From assembly GCA_045597125.1 (NCBI GenBank), contig JAZODR010000031.1, forward strand, positions 40,836 to 104,835: a stretch of 64,000 nucleotides of DNA. Reading direction: 5' to 3'. The position numbers and the translations under genes are program-made. The notes beneath the pieces are model-generated. The model did no database searches, had not been told where the DNA came from, and was given only the letters and a program-made list of their open reading frames with translations. Below are positions 8,141-17,539 of this stretch, one piece after another. The DNA is from Eubacteriales bacterium. GTDB lineage: Bacteria > Bacillota > Clostridia > Oscillospirales > SIG627. Position 1 is the stretch's first letter. Each line of letters opens with the position of its first letter.

Positions 8141-10479
8141 TTTGCCTCCAAAGCAATTTTCAACACGTCATCCACGGTTTTGCAAGGAATGAATTCTATC
8201 ATTTCCAGAGCTTTGGGATCTACTTCTTCCAGATCCTTTTGGTTGTCAAAGGGGATGAGAACGGTTTTGATACCGGCGCGCAGGGCGGCATTTGCTTTTT
8301 CGCGCAGACCTCCAATGGGAAGTACCTTGCCGTGGAGGGTGATCTCGCCGGTCATGGCAACGTCGCTTCTTGCTTTTCTGCCACTGAGCAGAGAAGCCAA
8401 ACAGGTTACAAGGGTAATGCCGGCACTGGGGCCGTCCTTGGGAATGGCGCCTTCAGGGAAATGGATGTGTAAATCTCGGTTTTTATAAAACTCAGGATTG
8501 CTCAGCTCCAATTCTTTTTCTCTTGCGCGGACAAGGGAGAGGGCTGCTGAGCAGGATTCCTTCATCACGTCACCCAAAGAGCCGGTCAAGGTGATCTTGC
8601 CGGTGCCGGGCAAATCCAGCGCTTCTACCTCCAGCATCTCTCCGCCTGCCAAGGTCCAAGCAAGACCGTTGACAATGCCGATTCGGGAATTTTTGGGGAG
8701 TGTTTCGGGTAAATATTTTTCTTTGCCCAGAAAATCAGGCAAATTCTTTTCCGTAACGGAAACAGCTTTTGCGCCGTCCAAAATCAGCTTTGCACTCTTT
8801 CTGCATATCTTTGCCAATTCTCGCTCCAGTTTTCTGACACCCTGCTCCCGGGTGTAAGAGCGGATAATCTTGCGCAGAGCGCCTTCGCTGATGCGGAGAT
8901 TGCTTTTTTGAAGACCGTGCTCTTTTTTTTGCTTGGGCAGCAGGTGATTTTTGGCGATGGCGCATTTTTCACTTTCGGTATAGCCGTTTAAGTGAATAAT
9001 TTCCATTCTGTCCAAAAGCGCTGGCGGGATGGTGGATACCTCATTGGCAGTTGCCAGAAACATACAGGAAGAAAGATCCACGGGCAATTCTATAAAATGA
9101 TCGCGGAATGCGTGATTCTGTGCGGAATCCAATACCTCCAGCAGAGCAGAGGCGGGGTCTCCGTGGGAATCACGGGTTAATTTATCAATTTCATCCAAAC
9201 AGATTAAAGGGTTCATAGATCCCGCCTGAATGAGGGCATTTACGATACGGCCGGGCATAGAACCGATGTACGTCTTTCTGTGGCCGCGGATATCAGCCTC
9301 GTCGCGAACACCGCCCAAGGAAACGCGCACATACTTTCTGCCTAAAGCTTCGGCGATAGAGGAGGCAATACTGGTTTTGCCCACACCGGGAGCACCTACC
9401 AGGCAGATAATCTGTCCCTGAACTTTGCCGCGGAGAACTCCCGCTGCAAGAAATTCCAAGATGCGTTCCTTGACTTTTTCCAGTCCGTCGTGATCCCGAT
9501 CCAGTATTTTGCGCGCCTTTTCCGTATCAATTTCATCTTCGGTAAAGCTTTTCCACGGGATTTCCAGACAGGTTTCGATATAGCCGCGGATCAATGCGGA
9601 TTCGGAAGAGCCGAAAGGCATATGGGGAATCTTCTTGGCTTGAAGAATCAGTTTTTCGCGGATGGCATCGGGCAGATCTGCTTTCATGATTCTTGCCATC
9701 ACATCATCTTCTTCGGGATCGCCGATGGAATCCGCACCTCCCATTCCAAGCTCCGATTGAATAACGCGCATTTGTTCGCGCAGATACGCCTCCCGCTGCT
9801 GTTGGCCCATATGATGTTGTACTTTGCGAGAGATGCTTTGCTCGATTTTTGCGACCTGCAATTCTTCGGCCAGAATCTCTATCAAACGCAGCGCGCGGTC
9901 CAGAGGATCGAAGATGGCAAGCAGTTCTGCTTTTTGCTCGGTTTTTCTGAGAATGTTAGTGGCGGTGTAATCTGCCAAAAAGCCGGGATCTTCAATGCTT
10001 TGAAGGGCGGCTGTAACCTCGCCCGAAAGTTTGGGCAAAAATGAGGAAAGCTCCTCAATGCTGTGGAGCAGGCTTCTGCGATAGGCATCTGCCTGACGGG
10101 GATTGTCTACCACAATGTCGCGGCGGAAAATCTCTGCAGTATATGCGCCGGACTCCAAACGGAAAATGTTTTGAATTTCACCGCGGGCAATTCCCTCGGT
10201 AATGATGCGGTAACTCTTGTCAGGAAGTTTGACGGACTGCTTGATGTGTGCGATGACACCCACGCGGTGCAAATCCGATGGCTCGGGATTTTCCACACGC
10301 GCATCCTTTTGAGCGACCAAGAAAATAAAACCGTCAGCCTTCAGCGCCATTTCCACCGCGCGAACGGTAAGGGGGCGCGCCACTTCAAAACTGGTGTCAA
10401 TTCCGGGGAATATAACCAGTCCGCGGAGCGCAATGACGGGCAGAGCCACACGATCGAGCTTTTCTGAAAAATAAGACAT
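8137..10479 (-). CDS. lon: ATP-dependent protease Lon (LonA)
   Basis: Walker A is GAPGVGKTS and the protease Ser motif is KDGPSAGITL. A Lon N-terminal domain is present. The start at 10479 (MSYFSE) has a GGAAAGGA Shine-Dalgarno. Confidence 0.9.
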   Translation of the reverse strand: MSYFSEKLDRVALPVIALRGLVIFPGIDTSFEVARPLTVRAVEMALKADGFIFLVAQKDARVENPEPSDLHRVGVIAHIKQSVKLPDKSYRIITEGIARGEIQNIFRLESGAYTAEIFRRDIVVDNPRQADAYRRSLLHSIEELSSFLPKLSGEVTAALQSIEDPGFLADYTATNILRKTEQKAELLAIFDPLDRALRLIEILAEELQVAKIEQSISRKVQHHMGQQQREAYLREQMRVIQSELGMGGADSIGDPEEDDVMARIMKADLPDAIREKLILQAKKIPHMPFGSSESALIRGYIETCLEIPWKSFTEDEIDTEKARKILDRDHDGLEKVKERILEFLAAGVLRGKVQGQIICLVGAPGVGKTSIASSIAEALGRKYVRVSLGGVRDEADIRGHRKTYIGSMPGRIVNALIQAGSMNPLICLDEIDKLTRDSHGDPASALLEVLDSAQNHAFRDHFIELPVDLSSCMFLATANEVSTIPPALLDRMEIIHLNGYTESEKCAIAKNHLLPKQKKEHGLQKSNLRISEGALRKIIRSYTREQGVRKLERELAKICRKSAKLILDGAKAVSVTEKNLPDFLGKEKYLPETLPKNSRIGIVNGLAWTLAGGEMLEVEALDLPGTGKITLTGSLGDVMKESCSAALSLVRAREKELELSNPEFYKNRDLHIHFPEGAIPKDGPSAGITLVTCLASLLSGRKARSDVAMTGEITLHGKVLPIGGLREKANAALRAGIKTVLIPFDNQKDLEEVDPKALEMIEFIPCKTVDDVLKIALEAK

Positions 10480-10681
10480 GTCGATAGGTATCCTTTCCAA
10501 AATGCTTGTTGCCAAAGGGTACAAAAACCCAGTATCAAGATATTATAACATAAAATTTATGAAAAGGAAATTGTTTTTTGATTTTTTTACAAAAAAATGA
10601 TTCTTTTTGTGAATTTCTCTTTTCTGTTGTTTCGGGGTGAATTATGTGATATAATAAATCTTGTTAATTGGGAGGTATTCT

Positions 10682-11641
10682 ATGGACAAACAGTTTATCA
10701 AGTGGCTGGATGCTCTGCCTTATCCTGCTGTGGCTGTGCCTGCGGGACAGGGAAGGCCGCATTGTAATCGTCTTGCCCGTCGATTGCTTCCGCCACTTCC
10801 GATTCTTGGGGATGTTTTTGATTGTCCCTCCGTGGATTTCTTACGGGAAGTAAAATTGGACGGAATTACTTATCTTGTGGTAACTTTTTCCACGGAAAAC
10901 GGGGATTCTGTATATTGTTTTTTCGAGCATTTTTTGCCGTTCCAAGAGGTACTTTCTCGAGCGATTGTAAGTAAGATGCAGGATTTTTTCTGGACCATTT
11001 TGAACAAAGAAGAGCATTCCGATTCTGAGAATGTGCATCTGCTGGATCAAATTGCTGCCCGCGCCTGTTCGCTGCGGATGCAAGGGGAGGATTATCTGCG
11101 GCTTTTGAATGTTAACCAGATTCTTGGCAAGGAGAGTCCCCAGACTTGCTGTCTGGGCGGTTTCTTCGGACATTTGCAAAGGGCTTTGGAGGTTCGAGGT
11201 ATCCGAGTTTCCTTTCGGTTTCAAGAAGACTTGACGGTGCTTTCCGAAGGTGGGGTGCTTTCTTTTTTGGTGCTGAATTTGGTGCATTTTGTTCGTTTGT
11301 TCGAAGGGGAGAGAAACATCTGCGTTGTGGTGACAGAGGAAGAGACGGTAATTCGTTTTTCCGTAGAATTTCCTGATGACGGTGCTATAGCTTCATCCAT
11401 TGAAGAAATGATTCGTTACAGCAAAGGGTCTGAAAAACTTTTATACACCTTGCCGCTGCTTTGCATTTTGCGCGTTTGCTTGGAAAAAGGAATCCCTTGG
11501 TCCCTTCAGCAACGGGAAGAGATGTTTTCTTTTTCGTTTCTGTTGGAAAAAGGGGAGGAAATCCCGGTATTATTCCTTTCCGATGCTACCAAATCCGAGG
11601 TATCACGTCTTTTGCAAATGGTAAAGTTATTCTTTATGTGA
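10682..11641 (+). CDS. hypothetical protein, 319 aa
   Basis: GGGAGG lies 6 nt before the ATG at 10682. No catalytic motif was recognised. The layout loosely resembles a sensor-kinase fold. Confidence 0.5.
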   Translation: MDKQFIKWLDALPYPAVAVPAGQGRPHCNRLARRLLPPLPILGDVFDCPSVDFLREVKLDGITYLVVTFSTENGDSVYCFFEHFLPFQEVLSRAIVSKMQDFFWTILNKEEHSDSENVHLLDQIAARACSLRMQGEDYLRLLNVNQILGKESPQTCCLGGFFGHLQRALEVRGIRVSFRFQEDLTVLSEGGVLSFLVLNLVHFVRLFEGERNICVVVTEEETVIRFSVEFPDDGAIASSIEEMIRYSKGSEKLLYTLPLLCILRVCLEKGIPWSLQQREEMFSFSFLLEKGEEIPVLFLSDATKSEVSRLLQMVKLFFM

Positions 11642-11690
11642 AAAAACGGTATGATATATAATGCTAACAAAATTACAAGGAGTGAAATTT

Positions 11691-12671
11691 ATGGGAAATA
11701 TGCAGGTTAAAAGAATTGGTGTTCTGACTTCGGGCGGTGATGCCCCTGGTATGAATGCTGCGATTCGCGCAGTGGTTCGGTCAGGTCTGTATCACGGCTT
11801 TGAAGTATTTGGTATCCAGCGCGGATACGAGGGCCTTTTGGACGGAGGTATATCGGCGATGAACAATCACTCCGTTTCCAATATTATCAATCGTGGGGGA
11901 ACTATTCTCAAAACTGCTCGCAGCAAAATATTTAACACTCCCGAGGGTGTGCAGAGAGGCAAGGCGATGATGGAAATCTTTCGTTTGGATGCCATCGTGG
12001 TCATCGGAGGTGACGGTTCTTTGCGCGGTGCTAAGGATTTGCATAGCATCGGGGTTCCTGTAATCGGTATTCCGGCGACGATTGACAATGACGTTGGATG
12101 CAGTGACTATACCATCGGTTACGATACGGCGATGAATACCGTTAAGGAAGCTATTGACCGTATCAAGGATACGGCTTATTCCCATGAGCGTTGCAGCGTG
12201 GTGGAGGTAATGGGACGTAATGCAGGCTATATCGCCATTAATTGCGGTATTGCAGGCGGTGCTGAGGCTTGTATCATTCCTGAAAAGAAATTTGATGTGG
12301 GTGAGGATATAATCAAGCCTATTCTTTCTTGCCGCAATGCCGGTAAAAATCATTATATTGTCATCAATGCCGAGGGTGTGGGAGGAACGATGGAGATAGC
12401 TGAAGAGATTCGCCAAAAAACAGGAATCTCTACCAATACCACCATCCTTGGGCATTTGCAGCGCGGCGGCAGCCCTACGGTTCGCGACCGTGTGGCGGCA
12501 TCCTTGATGGGAGCAAAGGCGACTCAGCTTCTTGCTCAAGGCGTATTCGGCAGAGTGATTGCAATGAACGGCGACAGCGTGGTTGATTTTGATATTGATA
12601 CGGCGCTGGATATGAAAAAAGAAATTGACGAACATTTGATTCACACCAGTAAAATTCTTTCGTTGTATTGA
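11691..12671 (+). CDS. pfkA: ATP-dependent 6-phosphofructokinase
   Basis: KRIGVLTSGGDAPGMNAAIRAVVR, GGDGS and PATIDND are present. AAGGAG lies 8 nt before the ATG at 11691. Confidence 0.92.
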   Translation: MGNMQVKRIGVLTSGGDAPGMNAAIRAVVRSGLYHGFEVFGIQRGYEGLLDGGISAMNNHSVSNIINRGGTILKTARSKIFNTPEGVQRGKAMMEIFRLDAIVVIGGDGSLRGAKDLHSIGVPVIGIPATIDNDVGCSDYTIGYDTAMNTVKEAIDRIKDTAYSHERCSVVEVMGRNAGYIAINCGIAGGAEACIIPEKKFDVGEDIIKPILSCRNAGKNHYIVINAEGVGGTMEIAEEIRQKTGISTNTTILGHLQRGGSPTVRDRVAASLMGAKATQLLAQGVFGRVIAMNGDSVVDFDIDTALDMKKEIDEHLIHTSKILSLY

Positions 12672-12807
12672 TTTTTTTGTTTTTCTATAAAGAACTTGCT
12701 TTTTATTTCCGCCTATGTTATAATACAGAAGTAAAATCGCGTTATCTTGGTTGTTTGCCGCCCAGGTGGTAAAACCGAAAATTAAATCAAGAATAGGATT
12801 TTTCAAT

Positions 12808-13923
12808 ATGAATTACGACAGCAAGAAGATCGCGTCGGTATTGACGAAGTTTGGCGTTTCGTTTGATTCTTTCCGTGTGCAGACCTTCCATAGCGGTAAC
12901 ATCAATTCCACGCATCGGGTGGATACCCGTTATCATGGAAAAAGCAGTAGTTTTGTTTTGCAGTGCATTAATACCTATGTGTTTACTAACCCTGTTGGGA
13001 TTATGGAAAACATTGATAAGGTTACGGGGCATATCCGCAAAAAGCTGATTGCGGAGGGACAAAATCCCGAGGGAAGAGTGCTGGAATTCCTCAAGCGCGA
13101 GGATGGAACGAACTATTATTTCGAGAATGAACAAAGCTTTTGGCGCGGATATCGCTATATTGATAATACCGTCACCTACGATCAGGCGGATGATCCCGAT
13201 ATTTTGCGGAATGCGGGATATTCCTTCGGCTTGTTTCAGAAGCAGCTTTGCGATTTTCCCATGGATGAACTGAATGATACCCTCCCTGATTTTCATAATA
13301 CTCCTGTGCGAATGAAGCGTTTTTTTGATGCCTGTGAGAAAGATCCTGTAGGACGTCGATGTGAGATCGAAAATGAAATTGCCGTTCTGGAGGAAAACAG
13401 AGCCGTTTGGTCCAAGCTTGAGGAAGAACGTGAGTCGGGAAAACTTCCCGTGCGCGTGACCCACAACGATACCAAGTACAATAACATTTTGATTCATAAA
13501 GATACGGGAGAAGCGGTGTGCGTGATCGATCTTGATACGGTGACACCCGGACTCTGTGCCTATGATTTTGGCGATGCGATTCGTTTTTCTGCCAATTCAG
13601 CGGTAGAGGATGAATCGGATTTGTCTTTGGTTTCTTTGGATTTGGATCTTTACCGTGCTTTTGCGGAAGGCTTTGTATCGGTATGCAAGGATTTTTGTAC
13701 TCCGGCAGAACTGGATAGTTTGGCTCTGGGCGCCGTGACGATGACCTTTGAACTTGCAGGTCGTTTTCTGGAGGATTATTTGCTCGGAGATCCGTATTTT
13801 AAGACTTTACATGAGAAGCACAATTTGGAACGCGGAAGAAATCAACTTGCCCTTGCTTTGGATATGAAGGCGAAATTCGATCAAATGCAAGCGATTAATC
13901 GAAGCATTGCAGGTCTTCAATAA
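12808..13923 (+). CDS. aminoglycoside-phosphotransferase-fold sugar kinase, N-acetylhexosamine 1-kinase (NahK)-like
   Basis: The catalytic loop is VTHNDTKYNNILI followed by IDLDTV. The N-terminus has SGNINSTHRV. Confidence 0.65.
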   Translation: MNYDSKKIASVLTKFGVSFDSFRVQTFHSGNINSTHRVDTRYHGKSSSFVLQCINTYVFTNPVGIMENIDKVTGHIRKKLIAEGQNPEGRVLEFLKREDGTNYYFENEQSFWRGYRYIDNTVTYDQADDPDILRNAGYSFGLFQKQLCDFPMDELNDTLPDFHNTPVRMKRFFDACEKDPVGRRCEIENEIAVLEENRAVWSKLEEERESGKLPVRVTHNDTKYNNILIHKDTGEAVCVIDLDTVTPGLCAYDFGDAIRFSANSAVEDESDLSLVSLDLDLYRAFAEGFVSVCKDFCTPAELDSLALGAVTMTFELAGRFLEDYLLGDPYFKTLHEKHNLERGRNQLALALDMKAKFDQMQAINRSIAGLQ

Positions 13924-13953
13924 AAGAATTTTTCACGAAGAAAGGATAGAAAA

Positions 13954-14631
13954 GTGGAAATCTCATTAAAAAATATTTGGGAGTGGATCTCAAAAGCGAT
14001 TGTATTTATTTTGGTTGTTGCAATTGTTTTCGGTATCGGTGGTTTTGTTTATAACAGTTACTTTGTATCGCCTACTTATGTTGCAGGCGTGAAATTTTAT
14101 GCCAGTGGTATTGAAATTTCTCCTAATCTTGGAACATCCGTTGCACCCCAGTATGTGGAATTCTTGAACGTAAACGAATTTTATGAGATGGTGTCCAAGG
14201 ATCTTTTGGCGGATACGGGGGTAGATCTTACGCCGAAAGCAATTTCGGGAATGCTGAGCTTCTCTTCCGTTGTTGAGGAGACCTCTTCTTTCTTTGTAAC
14301 CGTAAGAGCATCTGATCCCAATCTTGCCTATAACGTGGCGCTTTCCGTAGCGAAAAAAGCTCCTGAACAGGTGGACAGTTTTGCTGATGTAGGCGTTTTG
14401 GAGGTTATCGAGAATCCTTCTCTTCCTACGGGCCCTGTGGGAGCGAGCTCGTTGCGGATTGGTATGGTTGCCTTTATTCTCGGTTTTATGGTTGCGTGTT
14501 TTGTAGTTGTAATGAAGGAGATTTTCGATAATAGCATTAAAACTCCCGATGAAATCACACAGCTTTTCGATGTTCCCGTATTTGGTATCGTACCTGATTT
14601 TTCTTCGGACAACAAGAAGGGAGGCAAGTAA
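13954..14631 (+). CDS. Wzz/CpsC-type chain-length determinant (tyrosine kinase modulator)
   Basis: GTG start with an AAAGGA Shine-Dalgarno. There are N- and C-terminal TM helices around a soluble loop. It lies immediately upstream of the BY-kinase. Confidence 0.75.
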   Translation: MEISLKNIWEWISKAIVFILVVAIVFGIGGFVYNSYFVSPTYVAGVKFYASGIEISPNLGTSVAPQYVEFLNVNEFYEMVSKDLLADTGVDLTPKAISGMLSFSSVVEETSSFFVTVRASDPNLAYNVALSVAKKAPEQVDSFADVGVLEVIENPSLPTGPVGASSLRIGMVAFILGFMVACFVVVMKEIFDNSIKTPDEITQLFDVPVFGIVPDFSSDNKKGGK

Positions 14632-15387
14632 ATGAAGCAGACTCGCTCCTACGGTGATGCCTACGGCTTTTCTGATGGCAGTTTATATGCTGCGAAGGAG
14701 GCATATCGCACCATTCGGACCAATTTAATGTTCTCCCTGGCAAAGCCTGGTTGCAAAACCATTATATTTACCAGTTCTATTTCCGGCGAAGGAAAAACGA
14801 CCACCTCTGCCAATATTGCTTTTTCTATTGCCAGAAGTGAAAAAAAGGTTCTTTTGATGGACCTTGACTTGCGCAAACCCCATATTCATCGCATTTTGAA
14901 AAAGAGCAATACTCCCGGTGTCACCAATTATCTCAGCGGATTCAATTCTTTGGATGAGGTGATTCATAAGGATGTGTTCCCCGGGCTTGACGCAATTTGC
15001 GCGGGTACTATTTCTCCGAATCCTGCGGAGATGGTTGCCAGCGAAGGAATGCAGAATCTGATTAATTCCTTAAAGGAAAATTACGATTATATTATTCTCG
15101 ATGCTCCTCCCATTACCCTGGTTTCCGATGCCCTTTCCGTGGTTCCTGTTACCGACGGGATTGTTTTGGTCATCCGTCCCAAATATACGGACCGCAGGGA
15201 AGTACGCCGAGCTATCGACCAGATTGAATTTGTGGGTGGTAAGATTCTGGGTGCTGTAGCCAACTGTGTTCAGCAACAGAAGGGCTCTTATAGTAAGCGC
15301 TATGGCAAATACGGCTATGGCAAATACGGCTATGGATACGGTAAGTCTGCTGAGAAATCGGAAAATCAGGAGGAGAAAGCGGAGTAA
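14632..15387 (+). CDS. CpsD/CapB-family bacterial tyrosine kinase (BY-kinase)
   Basis: Walker A is SSISGEGKTTTS and Walker A' is LLMDLDLRKP. The C-terminal Tyr cluster is YSKRYGKYGYGKYGYGYGK. Confidence 0.87.
   Translation: MKQTRSYGDAYGFSDGSLYAAKEAYRTIRTNLMFSLAKPGCKTIIFTSSISGEGKTTTSANIAFSIARSEKKVLLMDLDLRKPHIHRILKKSNTPGVTNYLSGFNSLDEVIHKDVFPGLDAICAGTISPNPAEMVASEGMQNLINSLKENYDYIILDAPPITLVSDALSVVPVTDGIVLVIRPKYTDRREVRRAIDQIEFVGGKILGAVANCVQQQKGSYSKRYGKYGYGKYGYGYGKSAEKSENQEEKAE
15301..15342 (+). repeat. perfect 15-bp tandem duplication (plus a partial third unit) encoding the Tyr cluster
   Basis: tatggcaaatacggc occurs at 15301-15315 and again at 15316-15330, followed by tatggatacggt. Confidence 0.9.
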
Positions 15388-15390
15388 ATT

Positions 15391-16098
15391 ATGTTTTGTG
15401 ATGTGCATTCCCATATCCTTTGCGGCATTGACGACGGTGCGCGTAACATTCAAGAAACGCAGGGATTCTTGAAACTTTTGCAAAAGAGCGGAATTACACA
15501 TCTTGCTTTGACTCCCCATTACTATCCTTATGAAAGGTCTATTGCGTCCTTTTTGAAGCGAAGGGAGCGGGCTTTTCAGGCATTAAAAGCTCTTCCGGAA
15601 GCAAAGAAATTTGCGTTTACTCTCGGTGCTGAAGTGTATCTCGGTGAAACCTTGCTTAATAATGAGAGCTTGTTGCCTTTGTGCTATGAAGGAACGCGTT
15701 ATATGCTCACTGAGCTGGAATATACTTGCTATTTTACTGATTCCGCTCAGTATCGGTTGCTTCGATTGATTGAGGATTATGACATCATTCCTGTTCTGGC
15801 ACATATTGACCGTTATCCGTTTTTATGGAAAGATATGCGCCTTTTGGAAAAACTCAAGCGAATGGGGTGCTGTTTTCAGATGAATCTTTCTGCCTTGCAA
15901 GGCTTTTTTTCCCGACATCAAGCGATGAGACTGTATGAAAAGGGTTTCATTGATTTTCTGGGAGAGGACACGCATCAAAGAGTGTTTTCTGCCTCGGAAA
16001 AGGAGAAATTGTTTCTTCGCGTGGAAAAGTCGCATAAAAATTTTGGGCAAAAGCTTAGTGCCAAGGCGGTAGCTGAATTATTTTGCGATAAAAAATGA
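15391..16098 (+). CDS. PHP-family tyrosine-protein phosphatase (CpsB/YwqE type)
   Basis: The N-terminus MFCDVHSHILCGIDDGA is diagnostic. HYYP and later His motifs are present. Confidence 0.87.
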   Translation: MFCDVHSHILCGIDDGARNIQETQGFLKLLQKSGITHLALTPHYYPYERSIASFLKRRERAFQALKALPEAKKFAFTLGAEVYLGETLLNNESLLPLCYEGTRYMLTELEYTCYFTDSAQYRLLRLIEDYDIIPVLAHIDRYPFLWKDMRLLEKLKRMGCCFQMNLSALQGFFSRHQAMRLYEKGFIDFLGEDTHQRVFSASEKEKLFLRVEKSHKNFGQKLSAKAVAELFCDKK

Positions 16099-16099
16099 A

Positions 16100-16128
16100 C
16101 GGTGGCGTTTCTACGCCACCGGTTTTCT
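16100..16128 (+). terminator. intrinsic terminator after the phosphatase gene
   Basis: 8-bp GC-rich stem cggtggcg / cgccaccg with a 6-nt loop, followed by gttttct. Confidence 0.6.
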
Positions 16129-16155
16129 ATATATTACTTTACGGAGGAAATTTTT

Positions 16156-16665
16156 GTGATACGTTCTTATCAAGGAAAAAAGCCCGTGGTGGCTGAAGAT
16201 GTATTTGTTGCGGAGAATGCGGTTCTTATCGGTGACGTCACCTTGGAAAAGGGAGCAAATATTTGGTATAGCGCCGTGCTTCGCGGTGATGAAAATTCCA
16301 TCATTATCGGTGAGAATACCAATGTTCAGGACAACGCTACCATTCATGTGGCTAAGTCAAGCCCCGTTGTTTTGGGAAAAAACGTTACCGTGGGGCATAA
16401 TGCCATCGTTCACGGATGCACCGTGGGGGATGGAACCATGATTGGCATGGGGGCTTGCGTGTTGAATGGCGCTGTCATTGGAAAAGGCTGTTTAATCGGA
16501 GCAGGCGCTTTGATCAAGGAAGGACAGATTGTTCCCGATGGAAGTCTTTGCGTGGGTGTTCCCGCAAAGGTGGTACGGGAATTGGATGAGGCAGGAAAGG
16601 AGAAAATTCTTGCCAATGCCGCAATGTACGTTTCTCTTGGAAAGGAATATCGGGAGGAATGCTAA
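16156..16665 (+). CDS. gamma-carbonic-anhydrase-like hexapeptide (LbH) protein
   Basis: GANIWYSAVLRGDENSIIIGENTNVQDNATIH is typical of this family. The GTG at 16156 has GGAGGA 8 nt upstream. Confidence 0.8.
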   Translation: MIRSYQGKKPVVAEDVFVAENAVLIGDVTLEKGANIWYSAVLRGDENSIIIGENTNVQDNATIHVAKSSPVVLGKNVTVGHNAIVHGCTVGDGTMIGMGACVLNGAVIGKGCLIGAGALIKEGQIVPDGSLCVGVPAKVVRELDEAGKEKILANAAMYVSLGKEYREEC

Positions 16666-17492
16666 TCTGTCCTGTTTGTTCCCGTCCGTTAAAAATTGAG
16701 GAAACATGCGCTCGATGTGAGGCAGGGCATAACTTTGACCGTGCCAAGGAAGGGTATTTTAATTTTTTGATGTCCTCTTCTGCAGGTGGTCACGGCGATG
16801 ATAAAGCAATGCTTCAGTCCCGTCGCTGCTTTTTGGAAAAAGGGTTTTACGGGCATTTGCTTTCCGCTTTGAAGGAGATTTGTCTGGAGCGCTTTTCCGA
16901 TGGTTGCACTTTGATAGATGCAGGGTGCGGCGAAGGATACTATACCGATGCCATTTGCAAGGCACTTTCCGAACAGGTGAAAGACGTTCATTTTTTTGCT
17001 TTCGATATTGCAAAGGATGCCGCTAAGATGGTATCAAGAAAAATGGGGAAATCTGCTACGGTTTTTGTCAGCAGTGCCTATCGGATGCCCTTTAAAACAG
17101 GCTGTGCCGATGGAATTTTGTCGTTTTTTGCCCCGTTTGCCCGCCAGGAGTATTTGCGGGTTTTGAAGCCTGGTGGTTTTTTGATTCGCGCCTATCCGCT
17201 AGAAAATCACTTATTCGCTTTAAAAAAGGCGGTTTATGAGAATCCGATGAAAAATGAAGGGGTTTCGGAAGCGGGAGAAGGCTGGAGTAGCGTGGAAGAA
17301 ATTACGGTGAAAAAGTCTTTGGAACTGACCTCTAATGAAGACATTACCGCCTTGTTTGGAATGACTCCTTACGCCCACAAAACATCCCTGCAGGATCGCA
17401 AAAAGCTGGACGGACTTGACAGGCTTTGTGTTGAAACGGAATTTGGTATTTCCATTTACCAAAAAAATCTTGCAATGGGGCAAGGACTGTAG
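16659..17492 (+). CDS. rlmA: 23S rRNA (guanine-N1)-methyltransferase RlmA-like
   Basis: N-terminal Zn finger CPVC...CEAGHNFDRAKEGYFNFL is followed by the SAM motif IDAGCGEGYY. Confidence 0.8.
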   Translation: MLICPVCSRPLKIEETCARCEAGHNFDRAKEGYFNFLMSSSAGGHGDDKAMLQSRRCFLEKGFYGHLLSALKEICLERFSDGCTLIDAGCGEGYYTDAICKALSEQVKDVHFFAFDIAKDAAKMVSRKMGKSATVFVSSAYRMPFKTGCADGILSFFAPFARQEYLRVLKPGGFLIRAYPLENHLFALKKAVYENPMKNEGVSEAGEGWSSVEEITVKKSLELTSNEDITALFGMTPYAHKTSLQDRKKLDGLDRLCVETEFGISIYQKNLAMGQGL

Positions 17493-17539
17493 TATAATAT
17501 GGATGCTTGAGAATGAAAATGATAGGAAGGAGGATGGAT

